In this document: one piece after another, positions 56,969-64,000 of the stretch
Position numbering within the stretch: position 1 is the stretch's first letter
Layout: each line of letters starts with the position of its first letter
Assembly (NCBI GenBank): GCA_043747615.1
Contig: JAYTOU010000033.1
Span: 64,001 to 128,000, forward strand
Origin: Myxococcales bacterium
GTDB lineage: Bacteria > Myxococcota_A > Polyangia > Polyangiales > Polyangiaceae
Reading direction: 5' to 3'
DNA: 64,000 bases
The notes under the pieces: model-generated
Told to the model about the DNA's origin: nothing
The model's input: only the letters and a program-made list of their open reading frames with translations
The model's database searches: none
Translations under genes and position numbers: made by a program

Positions 56969-59900
56969 AAATAAGCGCGTTCGAGATCGAGAGCTTCGGA
57001 CACTTCAGGTCAAAGACCTTCGACGTCAAGGCTCCGTTCGTTCTTCTCCATGGGCCGAACGAGGCTGGCAAGACCACGCTCCTCGCGTTCTTGCGCGGTC
57101 TCCTCTTCGGGTTCGGAGAAAAAAATCCGTACGCTTTCGATCGCAACGAAGAGATGGCGGGGAGCGCAACCGTCCGTCTCCGAAGCGGAGAGTCGCTCTC
57201 TTTCCGCCGGCGAAAAGGAAGAAAGAATCCAATCGACGGTCAGCTCGGTGAAGGAAAAACGCCGGTCGACGAGGCCAAGCTTTTTTCTCTCTTGGGAGAC
57301 GCTAACGCGGCCCTGTTCGAGAACGTATTTGCCTTCGGGCTCGCTGAGCTGGGGCTCGGTGAAAAGTCGCTCGCTCACGCGAGCCTGACGTCCGCGATCT
57401 ACGCGGGTGCGCTCGGCGGCGGTCGCGACGTACGGGCCGTCCTCGCGTCGCTGGATGCGAGCCTGGGAGCGCTCTTCAAGGATCGAGGGAAAAATCAGCC
57501 GATCGCAGCATCATTTGCAGAATACATACGTCTTCGGGACGCCTCGCAAGCAGCCGCGCTGCGTGCAAAAGACTTTGCGCTCGTCCTCGATCAGTCGACC
57601 GAGGCGAATGCCCGGGCAGCGGGGCTGAAGGCGAAGCTCGAGGCCGAGCGAACGGAGCTCGACGCGCTCGAGCGGATCCAGAAAGCGCTGCCGCTCTTTG
57701 CCCGCCGACAGGCCGCGGTTGCCGAGCTCTCCACGCTCGAAGCGGTGCCCGGTACGAACGAGGCGGCGCGGCGGCGGGTGATCGAGCGCGCGGCGGAGAT
57801 CCGGCGGCTCGCGTTCGAAGAAGTGCAGCTCCGCGCCACGCAAGACATCGCTGATCCGAAGAAAGAGCTGCGCGCTCTCGCCGCTGACGTAGCGCGCCGC
57901 ATGCCGGGGTGGGATCTGGACACCCTCCGCACGAGAGCGCCCGACGTCCTACGCATCCAGGAGCTCACGAGCGCGCGCGCCCTCCTCGATTCGAAGCTGG
58001 AGAACTTCGGAGCGGCGATCGCCGACGCCGAGAAGCAACTCGCGCACGTCGCGCTCGAGAAAAAAGAGCACGAGACGGAGCTTGCCCGCGCACCGGACGA
58101 AGCGCTGCGGGAGGTCGTGGAGCGCGCCCCCATCCACGCCGAGCTTGCGCGCGCCCGCGAGGTTCGCCGCGCCCGGTGCGAGAGCCTGTCTCGGGATCTG
58201 CAGACAACGCGCGCGCGCCTGGAGCCGCCCGTCGAGATGAAGGACCCTCGCGTGCCCGACGTGGAGGTCGTTCGGGAGCAGCGCGCCGTATTCGAAGCGC
58301 TGACGCTCGCCCATCAGCGGGCGAGCGACGAGCTTTCGCGCGCACGAAAAACGGTCTCAGATCTGGCGGAAGACACCGGAGCTGCGACCAGTACGAGAAG
58401 CCTCCCCACGCTCGAAAGCCTGGCGGACACACGCGCCTACCGCGACAAAGGGATCGAGCTCCTCGGCGAGAAAGAAGATCTCTTCGTTGCCGCTGCGCGA
58501 AAGTCATGGCTCGGAAAGCGGCGCATCCTGCTGGCTGACGCCGTCCGCGAGGCCGTGGTCGTGGCCGACGTCGAAGCCGACACTCTCTTCGCAAACGCCG
58601 CGGGGGTGACGGCGCGCGCCGCACAGGTCGCTGCGCTGGAAGCGGCGACCGCGAGGGTGGTGACATGCGAAGGCGTGCTTGGTGCGACGGGGGAGCGGCT
58701 CACCGCGTTCACGACGACATGGAACGCGCTCTGGCGTCCGGCGGGCATCGTCCCCTTCCCGCCCGCGCGGATGGAGGCGTGGCTCCTCGATTTCGACCGC
58801 ATCGCTCGGAGCGAGGGTGAGCTTCGCCGCGCAGAGGAGGAGATGGTGACGATCGACGAGCGCCTCCACGCGTTCCTCGGAGAGATGAAGCGCCTCCTCC
58901 CCGACGCAGGTCCGGGAGACGACCCCGCCGCTCTGAGCGAACGCTGCAAGAAGCGACTGGCTTCGCTGCAGTCGGCACGGGCGCGCATCGAGGAATCCGA
59001 TCGCCAACGGGAGCGCCTGGAAAAGCTGGTCGCGCGCACGAGGGCACTCGCTGCCGATCTCGCGGAGCCCGTCGGAGCCTGGAAGAATGCCTGGGCGAGC
59101 GTTGCCGCGCCCTTCGGGGATGCTGCGCCCGAAGAGGTGAATCGCCGCGCCTCGGAGCTCGCCGAAGCGCGAACGAAGCTCGTTCTTCTGGAAGAGCGCA
59201 CCGCGTACCGGCGCGTCAACGAAGAAGCTCGGGCAATATGGCAAGCGCAGTTAGATGCATTATACAATCAATTGACGTCGGAGCTCGATGGGCGAACTTG
59301 CGCGCCGCTGGTGGAGCTCCTCGAGCGGGCAGAGCACGCCCAGGCCCTCGAGCGCGCGACCACCGCGCTGGAGGATCAGATCGCCGGCGCGGCGGGAGCG
59401 ACGGCTCGCGCGACGTTCTTCGAGGTCCTTGCGCAGTCGAGCCCGATCGAGGTCGAGGCGCGACGCACGGAGATCGCGCGGAGTCTCAGTGCGAGCAGCA
59501 CCGCGTTCGAGCAGACCCTGCGTGAGGCCGCGGTGGCAGAGAATGCCTGGGCTCGCCTCGACGGCACGAGCGAGTCGGCGCGGCTGCTCATGGAGGCCGA
59601 GTCGAAGCGCACAGAGCTCGGCGAGCTCGTCGATCGCTGGGCCCCGATGGCCATCGCGAGGCACGTCCTCACGGAGTCGATCGCTCGTTTCGAGAGAGAA
59701 AATCAGCCCGCGCTGCTCACCCGAGTCTCGGCGCTCTTCGAGCAAGTGACGACCGGCGAGTACGTCCGCGTTCGTCAGCGGCTCGGGGAGCACGACCTAC
59801 TCGTCGTCGCCCGCGGAGGCGCGGAGCGAAAGGTCGACCAGCTCAGCACCGGAACGCGCGAGCTCCTCTTTCTCGCGATCCGGCTCGCGTACGTGGGTGA

Positions 59901-60105
59901 GTACTGCGAGAAGAACGAGCCCTTGCCGATCGTGATGGACGACGTGCTCGTGAACTTCGATGGTCTGCGCGCGAAGCAGCTCCTCCTAGCCCTTCGTGAC
60001 GTCTCGCTCCAGACCCAGGTACTCTTCTTCACGTGCCATCCGCACATCGTCGCGCTCGCCCGCGACGTGTTTCCCGACGCGCGCGCCATCGCGATCGATC
60101 GCTAG
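56965..60105 (+). CDS. SMC/Rad50-like ATPase (YhaN, AAA_27)
   Basis: GPNEAGKTT, long coiled coil, LSTGT signature, PIVMDDVLVNFD, FTCH. Confidence 0.9.
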   Translation: MKISAFEIESFGHFRSKTFDVKAPFVLLHGPNEAGKTTLLAFLRGLLFGFGEKNPYAFDRNEEMAGSATVRLRSGESLSFRRRKGRKNPIDGQLGEGKTPVDEAKLFSLLGDANAALFENVFAFGLAELGLGEKSLAHASLTSAIYAGALGGGRDVRAVLASLDASLGALFKDRGKNQPIAASFAEYIRLRDASQAAALRAKDFALVLDQSTEANARAAGLKAKLEAERTELDALERIQKALPLFARRQAAVAELSTLEAVPGTNEAARRRVIERAAEIRRLAFEEVQLRATQDIADPKKELRALAADVARRMPGWDLDTLRTRAPDVLRIQELTSARALLDSKLENFGAAIADAEKQLAHVALEKKEHETELARAPDEALREVVERAPIHAELARAREVRRARCESLSRDLQTTRARLEPPVEMKDPRVPDVEVVREQRAVFEALTLAHQRASDELSRARKTVSDLAEDTGAATSTRSLPTLESLADTRAYRDKGIELLGEKEDLFVAAARKSWLGKRRILLADAVREAVVVADVEADTLFANAAGVTARAAQVAALEAATARVVTCEGVLGATGERLTAFTTTWNALWRPAGIVPFPPARMEAWLLDFDRIARSEGELRRAEEEMVTIDERLHAFLGEMKRLLPDAGPGDDPAALSERCKKRLASLQSARARIEESDRQRERLEKLVARTRALAADLAEPVGAWKNAWASVAAPFGDAAPEEVNRRASELAEARTKLVLLEERTAYRRVNEEARAIWQAQLDALYNQLTSELDGRTCAPLVELLERAEHAQALERATTALEDQIAGAAGATARATFFEVLAQSSPIEVEARRTEIARSLSASSTAFEQTLREAAVAENAWARLDGTSESARLLMEAESKRTELGELVDRWAPMAIARHVLTESIARFERENQPALLTRVSALFEQVTTGEYVRVRQRLGEHDLLVVARGGAERKVDQLSTGTRELLFLAIRLAYVGEYCEKNEPLPIVMDDVLVNFDGLRAKQLLLALRDVSLQTQVLFFTCHPHIVALARDVFPDARAIAIDR

Positions 60106-60271
60106 ACGCGAGAGGAGCTCGGCTGCGGCGCGGCTGAGATGGGGGTGGCCTCCGAGGTAGGTTTTCGTTCGCCAGTGACGCGACGAGCCCGTCCGCACGA
60201 GCAGCGCTCACCGGGCAGACCGGGATGAGTCTCCATCCCCGCCCCCACCACGTGCGACAGATCGACGAGCG

Positions 60272-62260
60272 TCACTTGGAAGGAGCGGGTTGGTCGACGA
60301 TGGTGATGTCGCGCAGGAGCTCCTTGAAGCTCACGCGGAGCTCGGCGAGCTTGGAGTCGATCTCCACGGCCTGCTTCGTGATGTCGTCGAGGCGGGTCGC
60401 CATGTCTCCGAGACGGCCCGTGAGCTTCGCTTGGAGCGCCCCGGCCGACTTGTTTTTCTCGATGGCCCGAAGGTTTCGCCGCGTCTCTTCGGTCTGTTGC
60501 GAGAGGTTATTTTGCTCGACGGACAGCCGCTGGCGCGCCTCGCTCTTGGCGACTATTTCGTTTCGGAGCTTCCACGCCGCGGTCAGCTTGGCGGCCGTCG
60601 CGCGGTCCGCCTTGGGGTCGACGAGGTAAGCCTTGACGGCGTTGTCGGCGACGACCGTGAACCAATCGGTGACCCGGCGAATGATGGCGCGCTCGTCCAC
60701 GACCAGCTCGCTCGTGGCATGCGGGGGGACGCCCGACGGAACGAGCGCCGAGCCCGTTCCCACGTTGTCCTCGGTGTTCTTCGGCGGGTTGAACAAGCGC
60801 GTCCCGTTGATGCGGGAGTGTTTCACCAGCATCTTGGCAGGAAGATCGCCGCCGTTGCGCAGCCGGTACTTCGTCTGGGTGACCGCATCGCGCTCCACCG
60901 TCAGCTCGCCATTTTCGATCTTCGCGATCCGCTCGCCGAGCTCGTCGAACTTTTGCTCTTTGTCCACCGCGAGCGCGCGTTCGAGCGCGAAAGGGACTGT
61001 CGCCGACGCCGCATCCGGGAGCGGATCGACCATGCCTTGACCAAGAAAAGACCCAGCCTCGAACACCGCGATCGGACCGCGCTCGAGAACGCCACCGGTG
61101 CGATTGGAGAAGCGCGCTACGCGAAACGGGTGACTCATCGAGTCCGGAACGCCGCCATCGGGTGCGAAGAGAAAAATCGCCTCGCCCGGCACGCGCTTCG
61201 ACAGGAGCATGACCATCGTCGCGCTCTTGTCAGGCACGGTCACGGTCACCGGCAGATCGTAGCGCGTCGTTCCGCCTTCCACGGCGACGGCCGCGAGCGA
61301 GCGCATGTTCCGCGGAGCAGAAATATTTCTTTCCATCGGGGGCGGAGGTGGCGGCGACATCGGGGCGCGCATTTTAGCGGGCGCAGGAGCGGTAGACGCT
61401 GTCGCCGCGGGCGCCGTCACTCTCTTGTCCTGCGAACGTCGGGCAAGGCCACCCGGACCACCGCCCTTGCCCCCCATCGCTTCGGTCTTGGGAGCGGTCG
61501 CACGTGGGCTGTCCGATTGCGCTTGCGGGTCCGCATCGGGCTCCTCGTCCCGCGGTTGCGACGCTTCCTTCGCGACAGGGGCTGCGGGCGCTAGCTCTTG
61601 GCGGAGCGAGGTTTCCGATTTCGGAACCGCTGCGATGACCTCGCCCTCGTCGGTCACGATCGGCCGCGTCGGAATGACCGGGGTCGCGAGCTGCGTTTCG
61701 AAGGCGAGAGGAGCGCCGGCAACGAGCGACAAGCGAACGTCCTTCCAATCTTCGCCCGACAGGTTCTGCACGATTCCCCACGCCTGAAGGTCGGCCTCAC
61801 CGCCCGGCTGGACGACGAGGCGGTACGAAGGCCGCCACACGGGAGACTCGGCGATGTACCCGATGCTGAGATCATGGGCGCGCCCGTCGAGCGACAAAAC
61901 AACCGTTTTTAGCCCTTTTTTCTCGTCGTCCGTCTTTTTCTTCTTCGGCGCGTCGTCCCCCTCGTTGTCGGCATCGACGTTCAGCGGGAAGGCTGCGGCC
62001 CGCACGGAGCTTCCACCCCGCTCGATCACCGCGAGGCTCGCGAGAAAATCGCCGACCTCCGTCTCCTTCATCTTGAAGCGAACTTCCGTGTCCTCGACGT
62101 GCCCCGACCGCTCGAAGTAGCCGACCCCGTTCCGGTAGAGGACCACCTTCTTGAGCGGGAGCGCGTCGGTCGACACGAGCGCCTCACGGCCGCAACCGAC
62201 GGCAAAGACCGTGAGAAGGATGGCGCATCCGGATCGCGAAGCTTTCCCGGCGTTTTTCAT
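60272..62260 (-). CDS. DUF4139/DUF4140-family lipoprotein with a C-terminal coiled coil
   Basis: FAVGC lipobox, VVLYRNGVGYFERSG, P.WRPSYRL, W.IV.N.SGEDW..V.LSLV.G.P. Confidence 0.8.
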   Translation of the reverse strand: MKNAGKASRSGCAILLTVFAVGCGREALVSTDALPLKKVVLYRNGVGYFERSGHVEDTEVRFKMKETEVGDFLASLAVIERGGSSVRAAAFPLNVDADNEGDDAPKKKKTDDEKKGLKTVVLSLDGRAHDLSIGYIAESPVWRPSYRLVVQPGGEADLQAWGIVQNLSGEDWKDVRLSLVAGAPLAFETQLATPVIPTRPIVTDEGEVIAAVPKSETSLRQELAPAAPVAKEASQPRDEEPDADPQAQSDSPRATAPKTEAMGGKGGGPGGLARRSQDKRVTAPAATASTAPAPAKMRAPMSPPPPPPMERNISAPRNMRSLAAVAVEGGTTRYDLPVTVTVPDKSATMVMLLSKRVPGEAIFLFAPDGGVPDSMSHPFRVARFSNRTGGVLERGPIAVFEAGSFLGQGMVDPLPDAASATVPFALERALAVDKEQKFDELGERIAKIENGELTVERDAVTQTKYRLRNGGDLPAKMLVKHSRINGTRLFNPPKNTEDNVGTGSALVPSGVPPHATSELVVDERAIIRRVTDWFTVVADNAVKAYLVDPKADRATAAKLTAAWKLRNEIVAKSEARQRLSVEQNNLSQQTEETRRNLRAIEKNKSAGALQAKLTGRLGDMATRLDDITKQAVEIDSKLAELRVSFKELLRDITIVDQPAPSK

Positions 62261-62327
62261 CCCGGCATCTACGCATGAGTCCGGTTGCGCGGTCTATGTC
62301 AAAGCCAAAGGCGAGCCACCTGAGCTT

Positions 62328-62343
62328 TGGCATGATTGTCGCT
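62328..62343 (+). promoter_or_regulatory. Sigma54 -24/-12 box upstream of rpoN
   Basis: TGGCATGATTGTCGCT (GG-N10-GC); an extended -10-like TGTTAAGCT lies at 62361-62369. Confidence 0.55.
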
Positions 62344-62377
62344 TAGCGTCGGCAAAAGAGTGTTAAGCTGAGCGAGT

Positions 62378-63904
62378 ATGGAAATAAAGCAACAGCTCAA
62401 ACTCAGTCAGCAGCTCGTCATGACGCCGCAGCTGCAGCAGGCCATTCGCCTCCTCCAGCTGTCTCGGATGGAGCTGATCGACGAGATTCGGAAAGAGCTC
62501 GACGCGAACCCGGTTCTGGCGGACGACGAGATCGATCCGAAGGCCCGTGGGGCGCAGGCCGAAGGGCTGTCAGGTGATGCCGCGCAAGGCGGAGTCGCCA
62601 CCGATGAACGCGTGGATCGCATGGAGGCGCTCGACCGCCTGAAGAGTGCCGACCCGCAGACCCGCAAAGACGAAAAGACGGCCCAAGACATCGACTGGGA
62701 AGCCTTCATCGAGAACCGGACGCTCCAGCAGCCGCTCCCGGCGAACCGCGGCGGCTTCGACGATCTCCCCCCGATCGAACAGAACCTTACGAAGGCCCAG
62801 AGCCTCGTCGATCACCTGAAATGGCAGCTCCAGCTGAGCGACTTCACCGACGACGAGCGCCGATTTGCCGAGCTCGTGCTGGGAAACCTAGACGAGAACG
62901 GATTTTTGGATCTGAAAGGCATCGAGCGCGACAACGGCGAGAGGACGCCGGACATCGCGATCGAGCAGCTCGCAGAGGAGTCGGGTCTCGATCCGGAAGA
63001 TGCTCCCGAAGTGCTGCGGATCATGCAGGAGTGGGATCCGGTGGGCGCCTGCTCACGCGACCTGAAAGAGTGCCTGCGTGTTCAAGCCGAAGTCTTCAAC
63101 TACGAAGAGCTCGATCTCACGATCATCGAAAAGCACCTCCACAATCTGGAGAAGCACAATTACCAGGCGATCGCGCGCGATCTGAAAGTACCGGTCGAAG
63201 AGGTCTACGAGTCGGTCAAGGAAATCCAGAAGCTCGAGAGCCGCCCGGCCCGAAACTTCAGCGAGACCGACGAGCGAACGATCGCGATTACGCCCGACGT
63301 CTACGTCATCAAGGACGGCGAAAAGTTCGTGGTCACCGACAACGATCGCGGCGTCCAGCGTCTCTACATCAACGAAGCGCTGACCAAGAACCTTCTCAAG
63401 GATCCGAACGCCAAGGAATTCATCGGAGAAAAGCTGCGGAATGCGCAGTGGCTCATTCGCGCCATCGAACAGCGCAGAAAGACGATCATCCGGGTGACGG
63501 AGTGCATCGTCGACAAGCAGCGCGACTTTTTCGAAAAAGGCGTCTCGTTCTTGAAGCCCATGATCTTGCGTGACGTGGCCGATACCGTCGGCATGCATGA
63601 GTCGACGATCAGCCGGGTGACGACGAACAAATACGTCCACACGCCTCAGGGACTCTTCGAGCTCAAGTACTTCTTCAACTCCTCGATTCGCAGGGTGAGC
63701 GAGGAAGACATCGCCAGCGAGAGTGTGAAGCAGGCGATCAAGAAGATCATCGAAGGAGAGGACAAGCAGAACCCGTTGTCGGATCAAGCCATCGTAGAGA
63801 TACTGGCGAAGAACGACGGCATTCAAATTGCCCGCCGGACTGTCGCCAAATACCGCGAAATGCTGGGGATCCTCGCTTCAAGCAAACGCAAGAAACTCTT
63901 CTAA
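62378..63904 (+). CDS. rpoN: RNA polymerase sigma-54 factor
   Basis: QQLVMTPQLQQAIRLLQL, HESTISR, ELKYFF, RpoN box ARRTVAKYRE. Confidence 0.97.
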   Translation: MEIKQQLKLSQQLVMTPQLQQAIRLLQLSRMELIDEIRKELDANPVLADDEIDPKARGAQAEGLSGDAAQGGVATDERVDRMEALDRLKSADPQTRKDEKTAQDIDWEAFIENRTLQQPLPANRGGFDDLPPIEQNLTKAQSLVDHLKWQLQLSDFTDDERRFAELVLGNLDENGFLDLKGIERDNGERTPDIAIEQLAEESGLDPEDAPEVLRIMQEWDPVGACSRDLKECLRVQAEVFNYEELDLTIIEKHLHNLEKHNYQAIARDLKVPVEEVYESVKEIQKLESRPARNFSETDERTIAITPDVYVIKDGEKFVVTDNDRGVQRLYINEALTKNLLKDPNAKEFIGEKLRNAQWLIRAIEQRRKTIIRVTECIVDKQRDFFEKGVSFLKPMILRDVADTVGMHESTISRVTTNKYVHTPQGLFELKYFFNSSIRRVSEEDIASESVKQAIKKIIEGEDKQNPLSDQAIVEILAKNDGIQIARRTVAKYREMLGILASSKRKKLF

Positions 63905-64000
63905 CGCGAGCCGTTTTTGAGGCGTAGTCTTTAGGGAGCATCGCCCGTCGGCACCCGCGTGGGAGACAGCGATCCCGCGCACACCTTTCCAAAGCGGTTC

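Noticed and set aside
60141..60250. Canonical tRNA, tRNA-Sec, tmRNA or SRP RNA call
   Set aside because: No T-loop consensus, no UCA anticodon and no SRP GGAA-loop motif; kept only as a candidate structured RNA

Overview
A gene-dense, GC-rich bacterial chromosomal window with about 60 genes. The gene repertoire suggests Myxococcota, probably Polyangiales (an inference from the FHA-sigma54 activator, vWA lipoprotein, kinase-TPR-propeller module, bactofilin and TraB-like barrel). No CRISPR array, canonical tRNA, rRNA or IS was recognised. Main blocks: (1) a minus-strand sulfur-relay operon, cysK - MoeB/ThiF E1 - ubiquitin-like carrier ending GG-I - small degenerate ThiF-like protein - cysM - JAB/Mec protease - two secreted repeat proteins; (2) xerD, PolX-PHP, PolD/LigD-type primase-polymerase and LigC; (3) rpmB, a GGT-like/DUF72/acyltransferase operon and a vWA lipoprotein; (4) a 1220-aa GltD/NfnB-plus-NfnA/PyrK-like flavoprotein coupled to yggX, with erpA/iscA, a small 2Fe-2S protein and ygfZ nearby; (5) RNase P RNA; (6) a collapsed kinase/TPR/propeller remnant; (7) lysine 5,6-aminomutase kamDE; (8) LptD-like and outer-membrane genes, bactofilin, mpg, a YhaO/YhaN nuclease-ATPase pair, DUF4139 and rpoN. 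The most striking observation is an apparently split E1: the MoeB lacks the N-terminal RxxRQ arginine-finger segment, and the neighbouring catalytically dead 127-aa ThiF-like protein retains it. This suggests a heterodimeric active/inactive E1 like the eukaryotic NEDD8 and SUMO E1s. Many genes also appear leaderless. All family calls come from motif recognition by eye; no database search was run.
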